DNA from: a virus
Taxonomy: Duplodnaviria; Caudoviricetes
IMG/VR virus record: IMGVR_UViG_3300025575_000011
Span: 1 to 64,000 of that record
Length of the DNA: 64,000 nucleotides
Direction: 5' to 3' (one strand)
The notes beneath the pieces are model-generated. The model made no database searches. It was not told the origin of the DNA and saw only the letters and a list, made by a program, of their open reading frames with translations. Each line of letters opens with the position of its first letter. Position 1 is the stretch's first letter. Made by a program: the position numbers and the translations under genes. Of the stretch, positions 1 to 9,455 are shown piece by piece.

Positions 1-322
1 ATAGGTGAAATTATCCTAAATAAATACAGAGGTTTTACCTAAATATTTCCTTGTGCATCAGACACTTAACAGATATACTATAGATAGAAAACAAACACAT
101 GTTCCTTATATACCGAACACAAACATAGAAATAACTAAGGGAATAACCCTAGAACAACTACTATGTTAATACCAAGGTTAAAATATATTAAATTAAGGAG
201 TTGATAAATAATGAGGTTACTAAATTATAATCAATAAAGGTTCTTCCCTAATAGAAGCAAGCAACAATATCTGTAGTACGTTAATTAGAAGAGGCGAAGT
301 AGAAGAAGAATAAAAATGAGGA

Positions 323-763
323 GTGGGTTTAAAAATGAATAGCATTAACGCTAATGAGGGGTCTGTGTGGGTCATTAAAGACCAAGAGGGCAACTTTGTA
401 AATAATAGTATCTATAAGTCAGATGAGTTCTCTAAGGAGTCATACATACCGTCATTTAGGACATTTGGAGCGTCATGCAGATGCTATGAAGATAAAAATG
501 AAGCAGAAGTGACACTAATTAAATTAAATAAAAAGAAAGCATCAGCACGGATTGATGCCGCATTCCACTTGGAAAATTGTATTCTAACAGAATTAATTGA
601 TCAATACCTACAATTTCGAAAAACTGGCAAAGATAATATAGTTATAATTGAGAATAAAATACCATGTGAATTGCGACCAAAAGTAAAACATGTGTTGTAT
701 AGTAATAAAATAGCATTGATTATAGTATTTATTTTAGTAAAGGCATTAACTAAAACAATCTAA
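323..763 (+). CDS. hypothetical protein
   Basis: 146-aa ORF after an SD-like gagga, followed by a hairpin; no motif recognised. Confidence 0.6.
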   Translation: MGLKMNSINANEGSVWVIKDQEGNFVNNSIYKSDEFSKESYIPSFRTFGASCRCYEDKNEAEVTLIKLNKKKASARIDAAFHLENCILTELIDQYLQFRKTGKDNIVIIENKIPCELRPKVKHVLYSNKIALIIVFILVKALTKTI

Positions 764-773
764 ATATTCTTAT

Positions 774-807
774 ATAAGCTACTTACATTATTTTGTAAGT
801 AGCTTAT
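774..807. terminator. intrinsic terminator-like hairpin
   Basis: ataagctacttaca-ttattt-tgtaagtagcttat, perfect 14-bp stem just after the 323..763 stop. Confidence 0.7.
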
Positions 808-832
808 TATTTATGAGTTTATGTATATTTAC

Positions 833-861
833 TTGCGTAGTAGAGTATAATAATGTATAAT
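833..861 (+). promoter_or_regulatory. sigmaA-type promoter
   Basis: TTGCGT-17 nt-TATAAT with extended TG, upstream of 903. Confidence 0.65.
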
Positions 862-902
862 GACAATTATATTACTTTAGTATGAAGGAGAGCGATGATT
901 AA

Positions 903-2279
903 ATGTTAAAAGAAAGTTCTGCCCAACTCATTCAATCTCTTAATGAATTGATTAAGAAATATGCGGGGAATGACAAGATAAGAAATATAATAGTCGATGA
1001 GTTTACTGCAAGGAATATGAGAGCAGGAGTTGCTGTCAATATTCTTAATGAAAGGTTATTATTATCTACATTAAACATTGATGACAAAAAAGATTTAATA
1101 TTGTTATTTGTTTTTACAAAAAGTTTGTTTGTTGCCCTGACTCATAAAGAAACAGATGAACAAGAACCATTGGGAGAAATTAATGAAGGGATTAAGATTG
1201 ATCCTAAATATTATTTTATGTCATCTGAAATTGAAGACTATACTAATTACAAACAAGAGAAAAAAGTTGGTAAGAGTGAACAGTATGTTTTTCATAATAT
1301 GATTGAAATTGGTGATAAGCATTGGATTGGGAAAATATCTTCTCAACAACTAGCATCAATTGATATGGAGAATGAGTGGATTTATAATTATGAAACTCAA
1401 AGAGATCCAGTCATAAATGTCTATGGAACTAAGAGCATTAGACTAGACAAAGCGAAGGCATTAGTTATAAAGAATAGATTGCTTGCAGGCTTGCAGTTCC
1501 CAGATCAAATAAGAGTTAATGTCTTACAGGACGGTAGCGAGAGCATAGATTTTAATTCTAAAAGCGGAGATTTGACCATTGTTTCTGGTACTAAAAATAT
1601 ATTTGATGGTTATCACAGGAAAACAGCAAACTCAATGGCTATAGCTGAAGACGCTAATTTGAATTTTAATTGGGGATTTGCAGTTACAAATTTTAGTGAG
1701 AAAAAAGCTCAAGATTTCATGGTCCAAATTAATAAGCAAAAACCTATGAAAATTGAACACACAAAAAATATGGACACATCTATATTGGGGAATACTACAG
1801 TTGATGCTATTTTGAATGGGGATTCTGAGTTTGCTTTGAATATAAAACAGAGTGATTCTGAACTTGACCACGGGGGTTTGGTTCGAAAGTCTGTGCTTTC
1901 AAATTCCATCGAAGAGGTATTCGGTGAGGACTTAACTAATCGTATTGAAGCGAAAAAAATTGCACAGCATATTGCCGATGTTATGGATTTCATTATTGGC
2001 TTAAAAGTAGAAGAATTTATTAATAATCCAAATGAAACAAAGAAAACAAGTTATATCAACCATAGAAATATGTTTGTAGGATATATGGCACTATCATCTA
2101 AATTTTTTGTCGATAAGAAACCAGTTGAAAATTGGAAGGAAAAAGTTGAAGAAGTATTAGAGAACATTGATTTTAGTAAGACAAATGATTTTTGGAAGGA
2201 TAATGGATTACTAGAAACTAACATGAGTAAGAATAGTCGTAACAACATCTATAAATTATTCTGGAGTAAAACTGTTTAG
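903..2279 (+). CDS. DGQHR/DndB-like (ParB-fold) protein, SPbeta YopQ/SroE-like
   Basis: Motif NIFDGYHRK and upstream YNYETQRD segment; about 460 aa; lies directly upstream of a recombinase-fold gene, as I recall for SPbeta yopQ-yopR. Confidence 0.6.
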   Translation: MLKESSAQLIQSLNELIKKYAGNDKIRNIIVDEFTARNMRAGVAVNILNERLLLSTLNIDDKKDLILLFVFTKSLFVALTHKETDEQEPLGEINEGIKIDPKYYFMSSEIEDYTNYKQEKKVGKSEQYVFHNMIEIGDKHWIGKISSQQLASIDMENEWIYNYETQRDPVINVYGTKSIRLDKAKALVIKNRLLAGLQFPDQIRVNVLQDGSESIDFNSKSGDLTIVSGTKNIFDGYHRKTANSMAIAEDANLNFNWGFAVTNFSEKKAQDFMVQINKQKPMKIEHTKNMDTSILGNTTVDAILNGDSEFALNIKQSDSELDHGGLVRKSVLSNSIEEVFGEDLTNRIEAKKIAQHIADVMDFIIGLKVEEFINNPNETKKTSYINHRNMFVGYMALSSKFFVDKKPVENWKEKVEEVLENIDFSKTNDFWKDNGLLETNMSKNSRNNIYKLFWSKTV

Positions 2280-2304
2280 ATTCAAATGAAAGGGTTGGTG
2301 TCGT

Positions 2305-3321
2305 ATGATGTCCGAAAAGATAACCGACAATTTAGAGGAAGATAATTTATTCCAAGTTGATACTGCATTTAAAGAAGAATTTTTAGGAACACTAAAAAAG
2401 ACAACAAGAAAATTCTATCGTTATGTTTTAAAAAGAGCAGATTTTTATGAAAAACAACTCGGTATTAGTATGTTCGATTTTAATATGGAGCAAAGAGACG
2501 ACATGTTAACAGTTCAATTCAAAAACAAGTCTCAATGGGCTTTCCAAACTGTTAGATCACCATTAAAAAACTATGTGGACTACTGCATGTTTAAAAGTTT
2601 TACAGACAGGAATGAGAATATTTTCGAATTAATTCTTCCTAGTTCCTATGATAAGTATGTAAACCCACAGGCCGTTGAAAACTCATATATTCCTAAAGCT
2701 AGGGTTAGAGAATTAGAAGATTTATTGGTTAATGAACAAGACAAACTCTTCCTTGAATTATTAAGTTGGGGCACAAGAGGTCGTACAGAAAAAGGTAATA
2801 CGCTAGAAGAATTTATAAATTTAAAAGTAGAAGATGTAGATTTCCAAAAGAATACAATTAAACTATCTAAAAACAATATAACTGAAAAAAGAGTTTTATA
2901 TGTAGATGATTTTACTACTGATCTAGTAAAAAGAACTATTGAAAAAGGGTTTTATTTGTTCAATAATGGATTAAAAGGGAAAAAGAATAGTAAAGGAATT
3001 TACGAAAAAACAGATAAAGGATTCCAGATCAATGAAACTGAATATGTTTTCAGAATTCCGGGCAAAAACAAGTATGGACAAATTGATCATCAGTTAATTG
3101 CTAATAGAATACAAAGAATCCAAAAATGGACAAATACAAAGTATTTAAATATTTCTAGCCTCTACTTTTCAAGTATGATAGATAAGGCCAAGGAAATAAA
3201 AGCGAAAAAAGGTAAACTCACTAGACAGGATTATGTTGATATTAATGAGGAATTTTCATACGGAGCAGACGGAGAGATTTATCTGAATAAAATTAAGGAA
3301 ATGATGAGTTTCTATATCTAA
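2305..3321 (+). CDS. tyrosine-recombinase-fold protein, probably catalytically dead repressor (SPbeta YopR/MrpR/SroF-like)
   Basis: Box I-like GTRG...LEEFINLKVEDVD present; the expected HxxR box II position reads LNISSLYFS; 338 aa. Confidence 0.65.
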   Translation: MMSEKITDNLEEDNLFQVDTAFKEEFLGTLKKTTRKFYRYVLKRADFYEKQLGISMFDFNMEQRDDMLTVQFKNKSQWAFQTVRSPLKNYVDYCMFKSFTDRNENIFELILPSSYDKYVNPQAVENSYIPKARVRELEDLLVNEQDKLFLELLSWGTRGRTEKGNTLEEFINLKVEDVDFQKNTIKLSKNNITEKRVLYVDDFTTDLVKRTIEKGFYLFNNGLKGKKNSKGIYEKTDKGFQINETEYVFRIPGKNKYGQIDHQLIANRIQRIQKWTNTKYLNISSLYFSSMIDKAKEIKAKKGKLTRQDYVDINEEFSYGADGEIYLNKIKEMMSFYI

Positions 3322-3333
3322 AAGGAGGAAATC

Positions 3334-3735
3334 ATGCAAAATACACTAGAGACTATATGGCGTAAGTATGATGCGTTATTTTTTCTAAAAAATGAGTTAA
3401 ATAAAAAAGGCTATCCATCAAAAGATTTAGGGTTTATTGATCCTCAACTTGATCTTTTGATGGAACTTATTGAAATTGAAAGTCTAAATGTCATAAATTC
3501 TCTATTGAAAAAAACCTACTATCGCTTATTGGAAAAAATTATAAGAGGTATTGAATATATTCCTAGTATTTATTCAGAATCAGATAATTGGATTCTAAAT
3601 AAAATTGACGATGATAAAGAAGCTTGGATAGATAAAAATGTTTTGGTGATTTCAACTAAGAATAACATCTTAGTATTCAGTAAAAAATCTAGAAAAAGCG
3701 ATGGTAATTCTTTTACAGATGGGAAATGGCAATAG
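3334..3735 (+). CDS. hypothetical protein
   Basis: 133-aa ORF with strong RBS aaggagg. Confidence 0.65.
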   Translation: MQNTLETIWRKYDALFFLKNELNKKGYPSKDLGFIDPQLDLLMELIEIESLNVINSLLKKTYYRLLEKIIRGIEYIPSIYSESDNWILNKIDDDKEAWIDKNVLVISTKNNILVFSKKSRKSDGNSFTDGKWQ

Positions 3736-3749
3736 AAAGAAGGAACACT

Positions 3750-4151
3750 ATGAACATCGGGGAAAAGATTACTTCATATAAAGAGAAATTAAACTTTAGA
3801 GATTATAAAGAATTCTCTTCCGCAGCAGGAGTTAGTAATTCTTGGTTATTAGAATTAAGCAAGAAAACAGAAGTTTTGACTATTGATATAAACAATTTGG
3901 TCAAACTATGCGAGTATCTAAATGTAGATGTTCAACAGTTAATCAAAGATGATGTATTTGAAGAAAGTGATTCTATTAGTGTTAATCATATTATAGACTG
4001 CAATGATATAGGTATTCTACTCAAAGAATTAGCAACATTAGCAAATCAAACAGAATTAAAAATGGATGGGGTCGTAATGAATACTCGTGCAAAAGCTATT
4101 TTCAAGGATTCACTTTATGCAGTTACTATGCTAGTTAAACAACATTTATAA
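3750..4151 (+). CDS. XRE/Cro-CI family HTH regulator
   Basis: IGEKITSYKEK...KEFSSAAGVSNSWLLEL...LVKLCEYLNVDVQQL; start moved to ATG 3750 after gaagga. Confidence 0.75.
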   Translation: MNIGEKITSYKEKLNFRDYKEFSSAAGVSNSWLLELSKKTEVLTIDINNLVKLCEYLNVDVQQLIKDDVFEESDSISVNHIIDCNDIGILLKELATLANQTELKMDGVVMNTRAKAIFKDSLYAVTMLVKQHL

Positions 4152-4165
4152 CGGAGGAATAATCA

Positions 4166-4420
4166 ATGAATCCATATTACACAATAGATGATATAACTAC
4201 AACGAGAGTCCTTGGACTTATAGATAAATGCAAAGAATTAAATTTAGGTAATGTATCTTTTGTTTATTTTGCATTACCTAAACACGATGAGATTAGATTT
4301 CGTTTAACTGAGGATAATCATGGATGGGAATTAGTTATCATTACTAGAAGAACCGAAGAAGTAGATGTATATAGAATTACTGAAGATAAATTAGTATATC
4401 AGTACTCAGAAAAAGATTAA
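4166..4420 (+). CDS. hypothetical protein
   Basis: 84-aa ORF, RBS ggagga. Confidence 0.6.
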   Translation: MNPYYTIDDITTTRVLGLIDKCKELNLGNVSFVYFALPKHDEIRFRLTEDNHGWELVIITRRTEEVDVYRITEDKLVYQYSEKD

Positions 4421-4452
4421 TTTATCTTTCCCCATCTTTTTATTATTTATAC

Positions 4453-4481
4453 TTGACTTATAACTCAGGATAAACTATACT
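4453..4481 (+). promoter_or_regulatory. sigmaA-type promoter
   Basis: TTGACT-17 nt-TATACT. Confidence 0.7.
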
Positions 4482-4564
4482 ATGGTTAAGACATGAAAGG
4501 AGTTGAACAACTATGGCATTAATGCAAATGTAATATAATAAATATAGAAAGAGGTTAAAGTAGT

Positions 4565-5170
4565 TTGAGGAAAGTAATACTAAGCAACAGAAGGTTTTGC
4601 ATCTTTGGCTGTATTATATTCCTTATTGTTAGCTTGAATTTTAATCACCAAGTCATAGTCAGGAAAACAGTAATTGTGAATAATAATCTAAGTGTACGTG
4701 CAAATAATATCCTTAAATTGTTCAGAAGAAATTACATAGTAATTAAACAGGATAAAGTGGTAGAAGATGTAATTAATGTTGCACCAGTTATTAAACCTAA
4801 ATCAAACAATAAAATACTTATCATGACTATCACAGGATATGACTTATCATATCGTTCGACTCAAAAATCAAGGGGTTCTGAAGGTTTTGGATTGACTGCC
4901 ACAGGTTATAATCTCAAAGACCAAACAAGAGTTTCAGCAAGGACAATTGCTACAGATAATTCAATAGTACCTCTAGGATCAAAAGTAAAACTAACTTTTT
5001 TAGACCCAAAATATCAAAACTACTCAGGCATTTATACTTCGAGAGATACAGGAAATGGAGTCAAGGGACTACATATTGATTTATTCTTAGGCGATATGGG
5101 AAATCAGTCAAGCAAAGTTGCTTTAACTTTTGGAAGAACTAAGTGTGAATTAGAAATAATAAAGGAGTGA
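4565..5170 (+). CDS. 3D-domain (MltA-like) cell-wall protein with N-terminal membrane anchor
   Basis: TGY...TATG...IATDNSIVPLGSKV...RDTG..VKG.HIDLF pattern with three conserved Asp; hydrophobic N-terminus. Confidence 0.8.
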   Translation: MRKVILSNRRFCIFGCIIFLIVSLNFNHQVIVRKTVIVNNNLSVRANNILKLFRRNYIVIKQDKVVEDVINVAPVIKPKSNNKILIMTITGYDLSYRSTQKSRGSEGFGLTATGYNLKDQTRVSARTIATDNSIVPLGSKVKLTFLDPKYQNYSGIYTSRDTGNGVKGLHIDLFLGDMGNQSSKVALTFGRTKCELEIIKE

Positions 5171-5919
5171 GATATTTGAGAAGAAGGCGTAAACAACGAT
5201 TTAACGGAAAACTATATGGAAAGCCAATTGGTATGTATGGGTTAATCTTTATCTTAGCTATCACAATAGGCATTGCTCGTGATAGAAACGTAAAAGCAGA
5301 CGATCACATAATAAATAGGAATATTGTTGCTACAAGCTCAATATACTCTAGCAAAGACAAGACAACAAATATAATAGAGAATGGAGTTGAGGAAGTAAAG
5401 AAGGATGCAAAAAGTCCACCTAAGACAATGCCAAATTACAAACTTAATCTTAGTCTTGAAAATCAAAAACTCATCTACAGTTTATGCCAGAAAAATAATT
5501 TATCATATGAATTTGTTTTATCAGTCTTTCATTATGAATCGAGTTTTAATCCCAAGGCAATCCATATCAATACGGACTCCAGTCGAGACTGCGGTTTTGT
5601 GCAATTGAATTCGTTTTATACAGATGAATATAGGAATAATGGAATCAAATATTGCAATTTACCAGAATCAGTTGACTTCGACGTTTTTAATCCAGACCAT
5701 AGCATTAGAGCAGGAATTGGGACACTTGCAAGTTTGGTAAACTACTGGACTAGTAGAGGAATTAGAGGAAGTATTTTGATGGAGTATGTAACAGGGTCGT
5801 GGAATATGGGTGTCTCAGGCTTTACAAATTACATAAAACAGACTGGTACAACTAAAAGAGAATACAGTAAGCAAATCCAAATTAGAAAAGATAAACTTAA
5901 AAATAGTAACAGTTTGTAA
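5167..5919 (+). CDS. SLT-family lytic transglycosylase with N-terminal membrane anchor
   Basis: VLSVFHYESSFNPKA (catalytic Glu), GFVQL, SWNMG motifs. Confidence 0.8.
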   Translation: MRYLRRRRKQRFNGKLYGKPIGMYGLIFILAITIGIARDRNVKADDHIINRNIVATSSIYSSKDKTTNIIENGVEEVKKDAKSPPKTMPNYKLNLSLENQKLIYSLCQKNNLSYEFVLSVFHYESSFNPKAIHINTDSSRDCGFVQLNSFYTDEYRNNGIKYCNLPESVDFDVFNPDHSIRAGIGTLASLVNYWTSRGIRGSILMEYVTGSWNMGVSGFTNYIKQTGTTKREYSKQIQIRKDKLKNSNSL

Positions 5920-5969
5920 ACGTATTGCATAAATATAATATATATTAATAAAGAAAGAGGGAAATACAT

Positions 5970-6140
5970 ATGAAGACAGATTTTATTATTCTACCATTTG
6001 AAGGATTCAAGGAGAAGATCAGGAAACAAAAGGAGTTAAACCAAGAAATGATGAAAAAGCATGGTAAAGATAACTATTCACTGTGTGTTTATGAGAACTG
6101 CGTCGTTGCGGAATTTAAGAGTGTAAATCAGTTTTTTTAA
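5970..6140 (+). CDS. small hypothetical protein (56 aa, not in ORF track)
   Basis: RBS aagaggg, then ATG...TAA read manually. Confidence 0.5.
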   Translation: MKTDFIILPFEGFKEKIRKQKELNQEMMKKHGKDNYSLCVYENCVVAEFKSVNQFF

Positions 6141-6223
6141 GAACTACATATAATATATCCCATATTACAAACACATATCCATAAATGTTCTTAAACAAAT
6201 TTAATAAAGAAAGAAGTGTTTTG

Positions 6224-6538
6224 ATGCTATTATATGAGAGTGTGGAGAAAAAGGTTGTTATTCAAGAAAAAGTTGGCGTTCTTTGTAACCAATGTGGAGA
6301 AGTATTAGAAATTGGTCAATCTCATCCTTATCAAAGTTTCGATATTGCTTTCGGATATGGTTCATATGATAATAAAAAAATAAAATTTGAACTATGTAAT
6401 GAATGTATAAATGACATGGTAAAGGGTTTTAAATTAGAACCAGAAGTAACAAGCAATGATGTTTCAGATTGGGAATGGCCTATGGATGACGAGGAATCTG
6501 TTTCCACTCCATTAAGGGGTGATACATATGAGGATTAG
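6224..6538 (+). CDS. small Zn-finger hypothetical protein
   Basis: CNQC...CNEC; start moved to ATG 6224. Confidence 0.55.
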   Translation: MLLYESVEKKVVIQEKVGVLCNQCGEVLEIGQSHPYQSFDIAFGYGSYDNKKIKFELCNECINDMVKGFKLEPEVTSNDVSDWEWPMDDEESVSTPLRGDTYED

Positions 6539-6827
6539 AATCATTAAAAACATTTCAAAATCTGATGGCATTGATAATATTACACCATTCATAGGTAGAA
6601 CATTTTACACAGAACCTCAAGGCAAAGATGGAACAGTTAGTGTTGACTTCGGCTTAATTGGAACATTAACAGTTTATCCAAAGGAATATGAAATTGTTGA
6701 CTTTACAAAGGAATTAGTTAAACTTGTTGATAATTATTACCCATTGTCAGGTATTTACCCTCAGGACACTATAGATTTCATTTTGGCTAATAAAACAGCA
6801 TTATCTAATATTTTGAGAGAATCGTAA
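6528..6827 (+). CDS. hypothetical protein
   Basis: RBS aggggtga before ATG 6528. Confidence 0.55.
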   Translation: MRIRIIKNISKSDGIDNITPFIGRTFYTEPQGKDGTVSVDFGLIGTLTVYPKEYEIVDFTKELVKLVDNYYPLSGIYPQDTIDFILANKTALSNILRES

Positions 6828-6878
6828 AAGCCCATAAATGAAGATTTTCATTCTATTAAGCGAAAGGAAGTAAAAAAT

Positions 6879-7427
6879 GTGACTTTAGATGAGATAATTA
6901 AAGAAAAAGATTGGTGGTACATAAAAGATAAAAATTATATTCTTGACAGATATTGGTTAAATGAGTTTAAAGAACAATCATATCCTGCTTTCATTTGGTG
7001 GAATCAATATACATTTAGGACTCCTAGATTGTATTTTAGAATTGTAATCCGAGAGCATACAGAAGAAGCAATGAGCAAAGTATGTAAGTCTACTCTAGGC
7101 AAATATCTTTACAAACACAAATATACAGTAATTATTATGGGAGCTGAATCAGGAGTACCTTTGCCAATAGAAATCTGGGATGAAACTGGAAACCCTTGGA
7201 AGGGTGGCACAAATCAATACATAGATAGTTTCTATTTTGGTAGGAAGTATAAAGATTTAGAGACAGATTATATTGGAGAACAAGTAGGCACATCTTCAAC
7301 ATTAATAAAGGCATTTGATTCCTTAGATGATGCTAACGAATTTGCTGAATCGTGGAGACATAAAATTATTGAAGATCATAAAGAACAAATTGAAACAGAT
7401 AGAGAAATTATGAAACTTATTCAATAG
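6879..7427 (+). CDS. hypothetical protein
   Basis: 182-aa ORF between two junction sites. Confidence 0.65.
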   Translation: MTLDEIIKEKDWWYIKDKNYILDRYWLNEFKEQSYPAFIWWNQYTFRTPRLYFRIVIREHTEEAMSKVCKSTLGKYLYKHKYTVIIMGAESGVPLPIEIWDETGNPWKGGTNQYIDSFYFGRKYKDLETDYIGEQVGTSSTLIKAFDSLDDANEFAESWRHKIIEDHKEQIETDREIMKLIQ

Positions 7428-7463
7428 AATCAAATGAGGAATTTAAAAGGAAGGAGGGGTATT

Positions 7464-7721
7464 ATGGGTAAAATTATCAAAGCATTAGATATTACATTAA
7501 AACTAATAGGAACCGTTTTAGGTCTAGGGCTATGTATATTTGCAGGAGCAGGAATATCCTTATTAGTATTTTTGTTCTTTACATTATTGTTTATGAACAA
7601 TCAACCCACATTGGTTGTTATCCCATTTGCTATTAAGATTTGTATAACCATATTCTTTGCAGTTATGTGGGTCATAAGTTCCATTCAGTTTTTCAAAGAT
7701 AATAGTAAAAGAGTCCATTAA
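7464..7721 (+). CDS. small two-TM membrane protein
   Basis: Two hydrophobic stretches; RBS ggagggg before ATG 7464. Confidence 0.6.
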   Translation: MGKIIKALDITLKLIGTVLGLGLCIFAGAGISLLVFLFFTLLFMNNQPTLVVIPFAIKICITIFFAVMWVISSIQFFKDNSKRVH

Positions 7722-7755
7722 AATATATGTTTCCTGCCATTAAGAAAGGAGAGCA

Positions 7756-8085
7756 ATGATTAATATATTCCTCGATGATCTTAGACCAAATCCAATAGGT
7801 TTTATATTGGCAAAGAGTGATTTAGTATGCAGGAAATGGTTATTATTAAATAAATCATTTGTAAATATCTTATCACTTGACCATGATTTAGGAGAAGATG
7901 AGACTGGTTATGACTTTGTTAAATGGTTAGTAGAAACAGGGATGAGTGACCCTAGTATTTATCCTAAAGAAATATATCTTCATACTGCGAATCCAGTAGG
8001 TAGACATAATATGTTTCAATTGTTGGAGAGATATAAGCCAGATGAAGTCAAATTACATAATGGGCCAATGCCAAATAATGATTAA
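7756..8085 (+). CDS. cyclic-phosphate-processing receiver-domain protein
   Basis: IFLDDLRP...LSLDHDLG...GYDFVKWL...IYLHTANPVGR signature. Confidence 0.75.
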   Translation: MINIFLDDLRPNPIGFILAKSDLVCRKWLLLNKSFVNILSLDHDLGEDETGYDFVKWLVETGMSDPSIYPKEIYLHTANPVGRHNMFQLLERYKPDEVKLHNGPMPNND

Positions 8086-8108
8086 ATATAATATAGGAGG
8101 ATTACTGA

Positions 8109-8744
8109 ATGAGAAAATTCACCATCCTCTTCGTTGGGGCATTACTCCTAACAACTGCATACTTTAGATTTAATAGTTTATATGTACCAAAGTCTACAGC
8201 AACAGAACAAAATCAACTTAGAGAATTCCAAGAGGCTAAAAATAGGTCAGCAGAACTTCAAGCAAAAAACACCCCAACAATGATTCAAAATCAACTTGAA
8301 AAAGTAGGCAAACTTACAATCCTAGAAGGACAATATAAATACTTCAGTAAAATAACTGATAAAGGGATCTTGGATATTACTCTTAGGGAAATGACATTAG
8401 ATTTTACATATAAATTTGCTCTGTGTGCATCACTAGAAAACATAAAAGTAGTTAAGGTAGAAGGCAATACGGTTATTTTAGATGTTCCTAAAGGAAAAAT
8501 TGGTTTACAATACATAGAATTATCTCAGGAAAGCAAGATTATTGATGGCAAAAAGATGATTTTAGTATCACAATTTAGTCCTTCAGAGATTACAACAGTT
8601 ATTAATCAGAGTCAACAAAATGTTACAAATGCAATCAATACAGATAGTTCCCTATTTGATAAAGCACAAGTTAATTTAGAAAGTGAACTGAAAGGATTAA
8701 TCTTGAAGATGGGATTTGATAATGTAGTGTTTAACCAAATTTAA
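8109..8744 (+). CDS. membrane-anchored DUF4230-like protein
   Basis: N-terminal TM, then VGKLTILEG.YKY...I.VPK...IEL and AQ.NLES.LK.L...MGF..V.F. Confidence 0.55.
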   Translation: MRKFTILFVGALLLTTAYFRFNSLYVPKSTATEQNQLREFQEAKNRSAELQAKNTPTMIQNQLEKVGKLTILEGQYKYFSKITDKGILDITLREMTLDFTYKFALCASLENIKVVKVEGNTVILDVPKGKIGLQYIELSQESKIIDGKKMILVSQFSPSEITTVINQSQQNVTNAINTDSSLFDKAQVNLESELKGLILKMGFDNVVFNQI

Positions 8745-8756
8745 GGAGGGATTCAT

Positions 8757-8912
8757 ATGGCAGAAAAAGTAGAAGAAATTCGAGTCAAGACACTATTCAA
8801 TAAAAAGAAATACAGACACCTAAATAGAGAACAACAATGGGCTAGAGCGACATCAAAAGGATGGATTTTCAGTGTCATTCACGGATATTTCACAAGGACT
8901 ACAGTTATATGA
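8757..8912 (+). CDS. small hypothetical protein (51 aa)
   Basis: Strong RBS aaggagggg; ATGA overlap with the next gene. Confidence 0.5.
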   Translation: MAEKVEEIRVKTLFNKKKYRHLNREQQWARATSKGWIFSVIHGYFTRTTVI

Positions 8913-9100
8913 AAGAAATAGATATGTATGTTTACTATCCTTACATAAATAAAATGGTTGAAAAATATGAAGAAGAATTAATTGAGGGTGAAAAACTACA
9001 ACAATATCTCAACACTTTAGAGCTTTGGGAGAATAGATATAAGAAAATATCATTGACCAAAAAGAATGAACTGAGGTATGCATTACAAATATTGTATTAG
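8909..9100 (+). CDS. small hypothetical protein
   Basis: ATGA translational coupling at 8909-8912. Confidence 0.5.
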   Translation: MKEIDMYVYYPYINKMVEKYEEELIEGEKLQQYLNTLELWENRYKKISLTKKNELRYALQILY

Positions 9101-9112
9101 AAAGGAGAAATA

Positions 9113-9331
9113 ATGAAAGTAAAATGTAATTGTTGCAAGTCAATTGTAGCAATTAAGGATTTGATTTTCATAAGAGAAGAGGAATATGAAGTCCCTGTTG
9201 CAATCTATCAATGTCCTGTTTGTAAGGGAGAATTAAACGATTTACAGTCAGATATTATTGATGAATGTGAAGTTCTAGGTGGAAGAAAAGATTGTAATAA
9301 TTGTACGTGTAATAGTTGTTCGGATAGATAG
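9113..9331 (+). CDS. Cys-rich Zn-binding small protein
   Basis: CNCC...CPVC...CNNCTCNSC. Confidence 0.6.
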   Translation: MKVKCNCCKSIVAIKDLIFIREEEYEVPVAIYQCPVCKGELNDLQSDIIDECEVLGGRKDCNNCTCNSCSDR

Positions 9332-9455
9332 GGAAATGAAAGAGTAATTTCATGGGGTTTGAGTATTTGAAAATCGTAGTAAATGGAAGCATGAGCGAGT
9401 ATTAGAGAGATGTATTTTATAGTACAAACAAATATATAATAAACAGGAGGAATAT

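Noticed and set aside
2305-3321. Active prophage integrase
   Set aside because: The HxxR box is not recognisable and no att site was seen nearby; the context fits a repressor better.
8757-9100. Frameshifted single gene at ggatggattttcag
   Set aside because: A classic ATGA stop-start overlap at 8909-8912 with an upstream aagga explains two coupled genes.
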